Origin: an uncultured delta proteobacterium
GTDB lineage: Bacteria; Myxococcota; Myxococcia; SLRQ01
Assembly (NCBI GenBank): GCA_963727485.1
Contig: CAVSGM010000011.1
Coordinates: 864,001-928,000, forward strand
Length of the DNA: 64,000 bases
Direction of reading: 5' to 3'
This document shows positions 19,918 through 28,991 of the stretch, one piece after another (position 1 is the first letter of the stretch; every line of letters begins with the position of its first letter). The position numbers and the translations under genes were made by a program. The notes under the pieces were generated by a model. That model worked only from the letters and a program-made list of their open reading frames with translations, ran no database searches and had not been told where the DNA came from.

Positions 19918-21431
19918 TGCCCGAAGCGACCACCGGACGCGTCATCCTCCTCGCCGACCCCGACGCCGAGGCCACCCGCAGCCTCGCCGCGGCCCTGCGC
20001 GCCCGGGGCCACCGGGTGCTCTCGGTCCGCGACGGCTCCAAGGCCCTGGAGGTGGCGGTGATGCGGGTCCCGGACGTCGTCCTCTACGAGGTCGGCTGCC
20101 CCCTCATCGACCCGCGCACCTTCGCCGAGATCCTCCGGGCCAACCCCCGCACCGCGAGCATCCCGGTGGTGGTGGTGGGCCCGGACGAGACCGCCGACCG
20201 GGCCCGGGGGGGCTTCCGGGACGCGTTCATCCAGAAGCCCTTCAACGTCGACGAGGTCCTGGCGCGGATCCACCAGCTCTTCCGCCGGGCCGAGGCCGCC
20301 GAGGAGGTGAGGCGCGAGGGGAGCCTCAAGGGCGTCCTCGGCGAGGTGAGCCTCCCGGACCTCCTCCAGATGCTGGCGATGAACCGGCGCAGCGGCACCC
20401 TCCACCTCGCCGGAGCCGGGGCCGGGGTCGGAGCCGGGGCCAGGGACGACGACGCCGAGGCCGAGCTCCTCCTCCGGGAGGGGCGGGTCATCGACGCCCG
20501 GGTCGGCGCCGTCGACCGGGAGAAGGCCCTCTACCGGGTCCTGGGATGGCCCCGGGGCAGCTTCACCTTCAACCCGGGGATGCCGTCGGGGCCCGGGCGC
20601 ATCCACCTCTCCATGGACGAGGTCCTCCTCGAGGGGATGCGCCAGCAGGACGAGCTCGCCGCCCTCGAGGGCCGGGCCCCCCGGCGGGACGAGGTCCTGG
20701 CCCTCACCGTCGACCTCGCCCGGCTCCCGGAGGGCCTCCACCCGGTCACCGAGGAGGTCCTCGGCCTCCTCGAGCTCTTCCGCACCGCCGGCGAGGTGGT
20801 GGACAACGCCAAGGCCACCGACCTCGAGGCCATGCGGGCCCTGACCACCCTGGTGGAGCGGGGGATGGTCCGGGTCCTGGGGCGCGCCCCGGCCGAGGGC
20901 GGGGGCCGCCGCCTGGTCGCCCCGGAGGTCGCCTACGCCCTCCACGGCCGCGAGGGGAGCCGGGCCACGGGCCGCCGGCAGGCGACCTTGCGCCTGGTGG
21001 TCTCCGCCGCGTCCCCCGGGGACCTGCGGCGCCTGGTCACCGACCTCGCGGAGATCGAGGGCTGGAAGCCCGAGGCCTCGGGCCACGTCCTCGAGGTGGG
21101 CCTGGGGGCCCTCGGGACCCTGCGCCTCACCGAGGTCCTGGAGGTCGAGCTCATGGCCGTCCCCGCGGACGACAGCCTCTCGCCCCTGTGGCGCCCCTTC
21201 GGGGCCGCGGCCGCCGGCGGCCTGGTCCTCGCCGAGGGGCCCGGGGGCGCCGACGCGGTGGGGCCGCTTGCCCGGTGGCTGGTCGCGGCCGGGCGCCCGG
21301 TGGCGGTGGTGGGCGCCGATCCGGCGCAGGTGGCCGAGGGCGACGGGGTGGTGGGCGCCGACCGGCCCGGGGCGGGCCTCGCCCGGCTCCTCGAGCGGGT
21401 GGCCCGGGCCGCGGGCCGGCGGGCCGCCTAG
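19917..21431 (+). CDS. pseudo-receiver + DUF4388 domain protein with a possible degenerate small-GTPase-like C-terminus
   Basis: REC fold with Glu at the phosphoacceptor position (DVVLYE); GSLKGVLGEVSLPDLLQMLAMNRRSGTL...LLEGMRQQDE; TGATG coupling. Confidence 0.8.
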   Translation: MPEATTGRVILLADPDAEATRSLAAALRARGHRVLSVRDGSKALEVAVMRVPDVVLYEVGCPLIDPRTFAEILRANPRTASIPVVVVGPDETADRARGGFRDAFIQKPFNVDEVLARIHQLFRRAEAAEEVRREGSLKGVLGEVSLPDLLQMLAMNRRSGTLHLAGAGAGVGAGARDDDAEAELLLREGRVIDARVGAVDREKALYRVLGWPRGSFTFNPGMPSGPGRIHLSMDEVLLEGMRQQDELAALEGRAPRRDEVLALTVDLARLPEGLHPVTEEVLGLLELFRTAGEVVDNAKATDLEAMRALTTLVERGMVRVLGRAPAEGGGRRLVAPEVAYALHGREGSRATGRRQATLRLVVSAASPGDLRRLVTDLAEIEGWKPEASGHVLEVGLGALGTLRLTEVLEVELMAVPADDSLSPLWRPFGAAAAGGLVLAEGPGGADAVGPLARWLVAAGRPVAVVGADPAQVAEGDGVVGADRPGAGLARLLERVARAAGRRAA

Positions 21432-21453
21432 GCGAGCCCGAAGGGCCGGGGGC

Positions 21454-21795
21454 CTACCCCTCGGTGGCCCCGGCGTCCCGGAGCAGGGGCCCGAGGCGCG
21501 GGGAGTCGAGGAGGAGGTCGAACTCCTCCCGGGAGAGCCAGGTGGTCCGGGAGGCCCGGACGTCGGGGAGGTCGATCTGGACCCGCACCGCCCCGCTCTC
21601 GGCGCAGCGCTCCACCGACACCGACCGGGGCCGGGCGTCGTCGAGGAGGTCCGCCTCCAGGCTCTCGAGCTGGCGGTGGATCCGCAGCGCCCGCCGGCCC
21701 TCGGGGGCCGAGAAGGTCGCGTAGTGCCGGTTGCGCGAGAGGGGCGCGCCCGGAGCCCGGAGCCGTCGCACGATGCGGTACACGAGGCGGTTCAC
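21454..21795 (-). CDS. small hypothetical protein
   Basis: GTG-started 113-aa segment (LSRNRHYATF...TTWLSREEFDLL) with coding-like codon usage, filling the gap between + strand genes. Confidence 0.6.
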   Translation of the reverse strand: MNRLVYRIVRRLRAPGAPLSRNRHYATFSAPEGRRALRIHRQLESLEADLLDDARPRSVSVERCAESGAVRVQIDLPDVRASRTTWLSREEFDLLLDSPRLGPLLRDAGATEG

Positions 21796-21891
21796 GCCCC
21801 GAAGATAGCACCGGGTCCCGGCCCCGGGCCACGGCTGGGGGCGTCCCCCCCGTGGTTGCCCGAGCGGGGTGGGGCAGGTAGAACGGGGACC

Positions 21892-23226
21892 GTGCGGGCC
21901 AGAAGACTCCTCGTCGTCGCCCTCGCGGCGCTCCTCCTCGGCGGCTGCAACCAGGTGAAGGACCTCCTGGGGATGGGGCCGACCCCGGCCGAGCAGGCCA
22001 AGACGGCGATCCACCAGGGCGACGCCGCCCTCACCGCCCAGCGCTACGACGCCGCCGAGGCCGCCTACAAGAAGGTGCTGCGCCTCAAGCCCCGCGACCC
22101 CCGGGCCACCTATGGCCTGGCGCTGGTCTACTCGGGCCGGGGCGAGGAGGCCCGGGCCACCCTCGAGCTCCAGCAGGTGGTGTTCCTGGCCCCCAGGAAC
22201 CCGGCGCCCCGGGTGACCCTGGGCGAGCTCTACCTGCGCATCGGCCACCCGAACCTCGCCGCCAAGGCCTTCCGGGACGCCGCCCGCCTCGACCCCTCGG
22301 ACTACGGGGTCAAGGAGCAGCTCATCCGGTCCCTGCTCCGCGCCGGCGACCTCGACGAGGCGGCGCGCCTCGCCGGGAGCCTCTACGACGCCAAGCCCAC
22401 CGACGACGCGGTGCGCGCGGTCCACGCCCTGGTCCTCGCCGCCCAGGGGAAGGCCCAGGCGGCCCGGCCCATCCTCGAGGCCGCCGCCAAGGACTCCCCG
22501 GGCCCGGGCCCGGCCCGGGACCTGGGGCGCTTCCTCCTCCAGCAGGACGACGCCGCCGGGGCCGCCGACGCCTTCCGCCTCGCGGTGAAGAAGGGCGGCA
22601 AGGACCCGGTCACCGTGCGGCTCCTCGCCGCGGCCCTCATCGAAGCCAGCCGGCCCTCCGAGGCCGCCGACGCCCTGGCCCCCCTGGTCAAGCAGCGCCC
22701 CAAGGACGCGGTGACCCTCGCCGCCTACTCCCGGGCGCTCGTCGCCGGGGGGCGCAACGACGCCGCCCTCGACGCCGCCCAGAAGGCCGTCGCCCTCGAC
22801 CCCAAGCTCGCCGACGCCCACCTCGCCCGGGGCGAGGCCCTCGAGGCCAAGGGGAGTCTCGACGCCGCGGTGGGCGCCTACGACGCGGCGGCCACCGACG
22901 CCCCCGGCGACATCGAGGTCTACCGGCGCCAGGCGGGCCTCTTCGAGAAGCTGGGCCGCGACTCCGACGCCATCGACGCCCTGCGCCGGCTGGTCTCCAT
23001 CGATCCCGCCGACAAGCGCGGGCAGCGCTCCCTGGCCGAGCTCTACGCCAAGAGCCCGGACCACGCCGAGGACGGCCTGCGCATCGTCCGCCACCTGCTG
23101 GAGGAGGACCCGGGGACGCCGGCGCTGCTCACCCTCAAGCACACCCTCGAGGAGCAGGCGCGCAAGGCGCCCCGACATCGGGCGGAGGAGCACCACGGCG
23201 TGGTGATCATGCGCGGCGGGCACTGA
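21892..23226 (+). CDS. TPR-repeat lipoprotein
   Basis: Lipobox LLGGC; many TPR-like repeats (AYKKVLRLKP, AQKAVALDP...AHLARG). Confidence 0.88.
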   Translation: MRARRLLVVALAALLLGGCNQVKDLLGMGPTPAEQAKTAIHQGDAALTAQRYDAAEAAYKKVLRLKPRDPRATYGLALVYSGRGEEARATLELQQVVFLAPRNPAPRVTLGELYLRIGHPNLAAKAFRDAARLDPSDYGVKEQLIRSLLRAGDLDEAARLAGSLYDAKPTDDAVRAVHALVLAAQGKAQAARPILEAAAKDSPGPGPARDLGRFLLQQDDAAGAADAFRLAVKKGGKDPVTVRLLAAALIEASRPSEAADALAPLVKQRPKDAVTLAAYSRALVAGGRNDAALDAAQKAVALDPKLADAHLARGEALEAKGSLDAAVGAYDAAATDAPGDIEVYRRQAGLFEKLGRDSDAIDALRRLVSIDPADKRGQRSLAELYAKSPDHAEDGLRIVRHLLEEDPGTPALLTLKHTLEEQARKAPRHRAEEHHGVVIMRGGH

Positions 23227-23268
23227 CCGGGCGCCGGGGCCGGCCAGGTGCCTCCGCCCCGGCCGGCT

Positions 23269-24555
23269 TCACCCCCGCCGGTGCATCCACCGGCCCCCCT
23301 CGAGGGCCCGGCGCGTCTGGGTCGCCGAGGGGTGGCCCACCACCACCGCCACCATCCGGTCCTGGCGCAGCCAGGTCGAGGCGACCCGGTGGACGTCCTC
23401 GGCGGTGACCGCCTCCACCGCGGCGACCCGGGCCTCGAGGTCCAGGGGCCCGTGGACCATCTCACCCTCGCCGAACCACCCGGCGAGGTCGGTGACCGAG
23501 TCGGCCATGAACTCCAGGCCGAAGCGGTGCCGCGCCCGGGCGCGCTCGAGCTCGTCGGTGTCGGGGGGCGCGGCGCCGAGGTCGCCGAGGATCCCGAAGA
23601 GGGTCTCCACCAGCTCCGGGACGTTCTTCGGGGCCACGGTGGCGTCGAGCTCCAGGAGGCCGGCGTCGGTGAAGGTCTCGAGCTCGGCGCCCACCGAGTA
23701 GGCGAGCCCGGTCTGCTCCACCACCCGGCGCTGGAGCCTCGAGGCGAGGCCGTCGTCGAGGATCCGGTGGAGGACCAGGAGCACCGGGAAGTCCGGGTGG
23801 GCCTCGGGGACCGCCGGGAAGGTGAGGCGCAGCCAGGTCTGGCTCTCCTCGTGGTCGACCAGGCGGATCACCGGCTCCGGGGGGAAGGCCGGCGCCGGCG
23901 GGGAGGTGGCGACCTCGCCCCGGGGGAGGCTCCCGAAGGCCTCGCTCGCGGCGTCGACCACCGCCGCGCGCTCCACCGGCCCGGCGACCACCACCGCGAG
24001 GTTGGCGGCGCCGTAGCTCTTCGCGTGGTGGGCCCGGAGGTCCGCCTCGGTGAGCCGGGAGACGGTGCGGTCGGTGCCGGCGATGGGCATCCCCAGGGGG
24101 TGGCCTTCGAAGACCACGGCCTTGGAGAGGGTGTCCACGTCGATGACCCGCCCGTCCTCGTCGACCTCGTCGAGGATCTCCTCGCGGATCACCCGGCGCT
24201 CGAGGTCCACCTCCTTGATCAGGGGCGCCCCGAGCATGGCCCCGGTGACCGCCAGGGCCTGGGCCACCCCCGAGGGGTGGACGGTGGCGTAGTAGCACCC
24301 GTGGTCCCGGGCGGTGACGGCGTTGAGGCTGCCGCCGACCCGCTCGAGGACGGTGTTGAGGACGGCCGAGTCGGGGAAGCGCTCGCAGCCCCGGAAGAAG
24401 ATGTGCTCCAGGAAGTGGGAGACGCCGTTGACCTTCGGGGTCTCGTGGCGCGAGCCGGTGCCCACGTACACGGCGACCATCGCCGAGTGGAGGTGGGGGG
24501 CGGGGACGGTGATGACCCGCAGGCCGTTGTCGAGGACGTCGCGGTGGGCGCGCAT
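23269..24555 (-). CDS. M16 (pitrilysin-family) zinc peptidase
   Basis: GSRHE...GVSHFLEHIFF (HxxEH), ERRVIREE, SRLQRRV...GLAYSV. Confidence 0.93.
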   Translation of the reverse strand: MRAHRDVLDNGLRVITVPAPHLHSAMVAVYVGTGSRHETPKVNGVSHFLEHIFFRGCERFPDSAVLNTVLERVGGSLNAVTARDHGCYYATVHPSGVAQALAVTGAMLGAPLIKEVDLERRVIREEILDEVDEDGRVIDVDTLSKAVVFEGHPLGMPIAGTDRTVSRLTEADLRAHHAKSYGAANLAVVVAGPVERAAVVDAASEAFGSLPRGEVATSPPAPAFPPEPVIRLVDHEESQTWLRLTFPAVPEAHPDFPVLLVLHRILDDGLASRLQRRVVEQTGLAYSVGAELETFTDAGLLELDATVAPKNVPELVETLFGILGDLGAAPPDTDELERARARHRFGLEFMADSVTDLAGWFGEGEMVHGPLDLEARVAAVEAVTAEDVHRVASTWLRQDRMVAVVVGHPSATQTRRALEGGRWMHRRG

Positions 24556-24576
24556 GAGGGAGCCGGAGGCGGCGAT

Positions 24577-25386
24577 CTACGCCGGGTCCGCGTCGGGTGC
24601 AACGGGGGCGCCGACCACCGGGAGGTCGAAGCGCACGGTGGTGCCCTCGCCGACCCGGCTCTCGATGGTGACCTCGCCGCCGTGGGCCTCGATGATCCGG
24701 CGGACGATGGCCAGCCCGGCGCCGATCCCGCCGAAGGCCCGGGTGGGGGAGCCGTCGACCTGGTAGAAGGGCTCGAAGACCCGGGCCAGCTCCGCCTCGG
24801 GGATGCCCATCCCGGTGTCGGCGACCGCGACGACCACCCGATCCCGGCCGGGGTCGTGCCGGGCCTCGAGGCGGACGGTGCGCCCGGGCGGGGTGAACTT
24901 CAGGGCGTTCTTCACCAGGTTCTCGAGGACGATGCGCACCAGGCGCCGGTCGGCCCGGACCTGGGGGAGGCCGGGGGGGACGTCCTCCTCGACCCGGAGC
25001 GACTTCTCGTCGAGGTGGAGGCGGTAGTCGTCGAGGACCCGGTGCGCCACCGTCCCCACCGCGAAGGGCTCCATGAACGGCTGGATGGCGTCGACCTGGA
25101 GGCGGCTGAGGTTGAGCAGGTCGTCGATGAGGGACGAGAGCCGCAGGGCGTTGCGCAGCACCACCTCCAGGGCCCGGGCGAGCTCGTCGGGGAGCTCGCC
25201 GAGCTCGCGGCCGCTGGCCATCTCCACGTAGCCGATGATGGTCACCAGGGGGGTCCGCAGCTCGTGGGAGACGTTGGAGAGGATCTGGCTCCGGGCGGCG
25301 TCGAGGGTCTTGAGGGCCCGGTTGGCTTCCTCGAGCTCCCGGGCGTAGGCCTCGAGGTCGGCGGGGGGCTTTCGGGCGTCGGTCAT
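24577..25386 (-). CDS. sensor-less histidine kinase (HisKA + HATPase only)
   Basis: SHELRTPL, NLVKNALKF, DTGMGI, FEPFYQ, GAGLAI. Confidence 0.92.
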   Translation of the reverse strand: MTDARKPPADLEAYARELEEANRALKTLDAARSQILSNVSHELRTPLVTIIGYVEMASGRELGELPDELARALEVVLRNALRLSSLIDDLLNLSRLQVDAIQPFMEPFAVGTVAHRVLDDYRLHLDEKSLRVEEDVPPGLPQVRADRRLVRIVLENLVKNALKFTPPGRTVRLEARHDPGRDRVVVAVADTGMGIPEAELARVFEPFYQVDGSPTRAFGGIGAGLAIVRRIIEAHGGEVTIESRVGEGTTVRFDLPVVGAPVAPDADPA

Positions 25387-27020
25387 CGGGCACCTCCCCC
25401 CAGGGCGGTGGCGGGATCTCCGGCTTCCACCGGGATCGGGTCATCGGGTCCGGCGGCCGGGCGCGCCGGGGCGGCGGCCCGGGGCAGCTCGATGCGGAAG
25501 CGGGTGCCGGCGCCGAGCTCGCTCTCGCAGCGGATGGTCCCCTGGTGCTCGGCGACGATCTGCTGGGTGAGGGCGAGGCCGAGGCCGGTGCCCCGCTCCT
25601 TGGTGGAGTAGAAGGGGTCGAAGATGCGCTCCCGGTCCGCGTCGGGGATCCCGGGGCCGGTGTCGGCGACCGAGACCGCCACCCGGTCGTCGCCTGCGGC
25701 CTCGGCGCGGACGGTGAGGGTGCCGCCGCCGGCCATGGCCTCCCGGGCGTTGCGCAGGAGGTTGAGGAGCGCCCGGCGCAGCTGCCCCTCGTCGGCGAGG
25801 ACGAAGAGCCCCGCGTCGATCTCCGGGACCACGGTGATGCCCGCGGCGCCCAGCTCCCCGGCGGTGAAGGAGAGCACGCCTCGGACCAGGGCCCCGAGGT
25901 CCTCGGTGGCCAGCGCCGGCCGGGGCATCCGGGCGAAGCGCAGGTACTCCTCGGTGATGTCGGTGAGCCGGTCGACCTCCTTGGCGATGGCGGCGAGCAG
26001 CGCCCGGGCCTCCTCGGCGTGGGCCGGGTCGTCGAAGCGGGCGGCGGTGAGCTCGTCGGCCATGAGCTCGGCGTTGAGGCCGATGGAGGAGAGGGGGTTT
26101 CGGATCTCGTGGGAGACCTGGGCGGCCATCCGGCCCACGGCGGCGAGGCGCTCGGCGCGCAGCAGGGCGGTGCGCTTGGCGTCGAGCTCGGCCTCCCGGT
26201 CGGCGAGGCCCCGGGCCATGGCGTTGAACTCCCGGGCGAGATCGCCGACCTCGTCGTCGGAGTGGACCTCCACCCGGCGCTGGTAGTTCCCCCGGCGCAC
26301 GTCGGCGACGCCCTCGGTGAGGCGGCGCACCGGCCGGAGGGTCCGCTGGACGAAGACGGTGACGAACAGCGCCACCAGGACCGCGAAGAGGGACAGGCCC
26401 ATGATCGCCAGCGCCGCCCGATCCTCCTCGGTCTGGGCCCGGGTCACCTGCTCGCCGACCTTCAGGTCGAGGGTGCGGCCGAGCTCCTTGAGCTCCCGGC
26501 CCACCCGGCGCTCCATCCGGCGCAGGGCGCCGGTGCGGGTGGCGAGGCGCGGATCGGCGGTCTTCCCCCGGCTGGCCTCGAGGGCGGCGTAGAGGTTGTC
26601 GGCGGCCTGGTCATAGCCGTCGTAGAGCTTCTCGAGGCGCGCGAGGCGCAGGTCCACCTCGTCGAGGTAGGCGGCCTCGGCGGGCCCGGCTGCCAGCGAC
26701 CGGCCCCGGCGCGCCAGCTTCCGGCCCAGCGCCAGCTTCTCCCGGACCAGCTTGGGGTAGCGCAGGCGGAAGAGGGTGATGAGGGTGGTCTGCATCCGCC
26801 GGTCCTGCTCCAGGAGGAGCGTGGTGTCCCGGCCCCGCTGCTCCTGGTAGCTCTCGAGCTGGGTCGCCACCTGGGTGAGGGGCAGGTAGGTCCCGGTGAT
26901 GAGCTCGAGCTCCCGGCCGATGGCCCGGAGGTGGACCACCGAGTAGATGGACACCAGGCCGAAGGTCACCACGACCACGGCGAGGCCCAGGAAGATCTTG
27001 GTGGTCACCGAGAGCCGCAC
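25383..27020 (-). CDS. membrane HAMP histidine kinase
   Basis: Two TM helices, HAMP (DEVGDLAREFNAM), SHEIRNPL, NLLRNA, DTGPGI, GTGLGL; GTG start. Confidence 0.92.
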   Translation of the reverse strand: MRLSVTTKIFLGLAVVVVTFGLVSIYSVVHLRAIGRELELITGTYLPLTQVATQLESYQEQRGRDTTLLLEQDRRMQTTLITLFRLRYPKLVREKLALGRKLARRGRSLAAGPAEAAYLDEVDLRLARLEKLYDGYDQAADNLYAALEASRGKTADPRLATRTGALRRMERRVGRELKELGRTLDLKVGEQVTRAQTEEDRAALAIMGLSLFAVLVALFVTVFVQRTLRPVRRLTEGVADVRRGNYQRRVEVHSDDEVGDLAREFNAMARGLADREAELDAKRTALLRAERLAAVGRMAAQVSHEIRNPLSSIGLNAELMADELTAARFDDPAHAEEARALLAAIAKEVDRLTDITEEYLRFARMPRPALATEDLGALVRGVLSFTAGELGAAGITVVPEIDAGLFVLADEGQLRRALLNLLRNAREAMAGGGTLTVRAEAAGDDRVAVSVADTGPGIPDADRERIFDPFYSTKERGTGLGLALTQQIVAEHQGTIRCESELGAGTRFRIELPRAAAPARPAAGPDDPIPVEAGDPATALGGGAR

Positions 27021-27112
27021 GGCCCGTAGGCTACACCCCGGGCGCCCCGCCTGCACCCGGTGCCGACCGTGCCAGGAGGTGAGGTAACTCCGCGTCACCA
27101 TTGGAGGTCGTC

Positions 27113-27142
27113 TTGACCCCCCGAAATGGCGCGTGCTAGCGT
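27113..27142 (+). promoter_or_regulatory. sigma70-like promoter for the PEGA/kelch operon
   Basis: TTGACC-N18-TAGCGT with an extended -10 TG. Confidence 0.35.
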
Positions 27143-27182
27143 CCCGGGTTTGTTCAACTGCCCCTGTCGCCTGGTGTCCCAC

Positions 27183-28991
27183 ATGCGCGCGCACCTCCCG
27201 ATCGTCGCCCTCGTCGGCCTCGTCGCCGGCCTGGCCCTGCCGTCCCCGGCCTGGGCCGCGCCCAAGGTCTACGTGGCCCCCTACGCCCCGGTGAACCACA
27301 GCCTCCCCGCCGCCTTCGGGGTGCGCACCGCGAGGCTCATCTCCGGGGAGCTCAAGGCCCAGAAGAAGGTCGAGGTCGTCGACGGCCCCTCGGTCACCGC
27401 GGCCGGCGGGGCCAGGCCCCTGGACGCCCGGGCCCAGGCCAAGGCCATCGGTGAGGCCGAGCGCCAGGCGTCGAAGGCCGACGCGGCGATGAAGCGGCTC
27501 CGGTTCAAGGCGGCGGTGAAGCGCTACCGCAAGGCGCTGGCCGACTACGAGAAGAACCTCGTCTACCTCGACGACTTCAGCCGCCTGGTGGACACCCGGG
27601 TGGACCTGGCGGTGGCGCTCTTCCGCACCCACCAGGAGAACGAGGGCGAGCACCTCCTCGCCGAGGTCATCGCCCTCGACCCGGACAAGAAGCTCGATCC
27701 CCAGAAGTACCCGCCGCTCTTCCGGCGCACCTACCAGGCGATCCGCAAGAAGCTGCTCTCCCTGACCCGCTGCGCCTCGAGCGTGGTCTCGACCCCCGCC
27801 GGCGCCGAGGTGTTCTTCGACGGGAAGCAGGTGGGCAAGACCCCGCTGCTCCTCAAGAACATGGTCCGCGGGCTCCACTTCGTGAAGGTGGTGGCGCCGG
27901 GGGCGGCGCCCTACGCCAGCCAAATCCACGCCAGCCCCGCCTCGGTGGCCAAGGTCGACGCCTCGCTGGCCGGCTCGATCTCCGGGCCCGCCGCCGATCT
28001 CGTCGACCGCATGGCCCGGGGGCGCATCGACCGCCGGGTGCTGAAGACCCTCGGGCGCCTCGCCTCCAAGGCCGGCGCCGACTACGCCATCATCGGCGGG
28101 GTGCGCCGGGCCTCGGACGCCTACGCGGTGCGCAGCTGGATCTACGACGTCCACCACCAGAAGCTCGCCGAGCTCCCGGACATGAGCTTCGACGTGGACA
28201 TGCTCGGGGCGGCCATCGAGGTCTACAAGGGCGCGGCGAAGATCGCCGACGCGGTGTCGAGCTTCCCCGAGCCGGTGGAGCTCCCGGTGACCCTCTTCCC
28301 CGGCGCCTCCCGGCCCCACGAGCACCTCTCCGAGGTGGACGTGGGTCCGGCCCAGGCCTCCCCCGAGGTGGCCGCCGCGCCGCCGCCGAAGCCCGCGGCG
28401 ACGGTGGCGATCTCCGAGCCCACGGTGCACCCGGCGCGGCACGGCTCCGGGCCGGTGCAGCCGGCGTCCGGTCCCGTCCAGCCGGCGTCCGGTCCCGTCC
28501 AGCCCAGCTCCGGGCCGGTGCAGCCCAGCGCCGGCCCCGTCCAGCCCGCCTCGGGCCCGATCGTCGCCACCCGGCACCGGCGGCCGGCGCACCCCGTCAT
28601 CGACCAGGGTCGCGACACCGGCAGCCAGGGGAGCACCACCGGCGGCCCGGTGGCCCCCCAGGGCTCGAGCGCCTCTGGCGACCAGGGCGACCAGACGGAT
28701 CAGGGGGACTCCAGCGCGGTGGTCCTCGGCGGGCCCCGGGCGCGCACCCTCAACCCCGACGCCACCGTCCACCCCAGGAAGCGCTACGCGGCGGTGGACG
28801 TGGACCAGGTCGTCGCCCCGAGCGACGAGCTCGACAAGAACCCGCACCACGGCTGGCCCTGGTGGGCCTGGGGGCTCCTGGTGGTCGGGGTCGGCGCCGC
28901 GGGCGCCGGCGGCTACTTCGCAGCGGACAAGGCGGGCATCCTCGGAGGCTCCGCCAGCAGCGCCACGGTGACGGTGACATGGCCCAAGTGA
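27183..28991 (+). CDS. secreted PEGA-domain protein with C-terminal TM helix
   Basis: Signal peptide ending AWA; STPAGAEVFFDGKQVGKTP...GLHFVKV; C-terminal WWAWGLLVVGVGAA. Confidence 0.85.
   Translation: MRAHLPIVALVGLVAGLALPSPAWAAPKVYVAPYAPVNHSLPAAFGVRTARLISGELKAQKKVEVVDGPSVTAAGGARPLDARAQAKAIGEAERQASKADAAMKRLRFKAAVKRYRKALADYEKNLVYLDDFSRLVDTRVDLAVALFRTHQENEGEHLLAEVIALDPDKKLDPQKYPPLFRRTYQAIRKKLLSLTRCASSVVSTPAGAEVFFDGKQVGKTPLLLKNMVRGLHFVKVVAPGAAPYASQIHASPASVAKVDASLAGSISGPAADLVDRMARGRIDRRVLKTLGRLASKAGADYAIIGGVRRASDAYAVRSWIYDVHHQKLAELPDMSFDVDMLGAAIEVYKGAAKIADAVSSFPEPVELPVTLFPGASRPHEHLSEVDVGPAQASPEVAAAPPPKPAATVAISEPTVHPARHGSGPVQPASGPVQPASGPVQPSSGPVQPSAGPVQPASGPIVATRHRRPAHPVIDQGRDTGSQGSTTGGPVAPQGSSASGDQGDQTDQGDSSAVVLGGPRARTLNPDATVHPRKRYAAVDVDQVVAPSDELDKNPHHGWPWWAWGLLVVGVGAAGAGGYFAADKAGILGGSASSATVTVTWPK
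28446..28559 (+). repeat. 21-bp coding tandem repeat (SGPVQP(A/S), about 5 copies)
   Basis: tccgggccggtgcagccggcg and variants in tandem. Confidence 0.85.
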
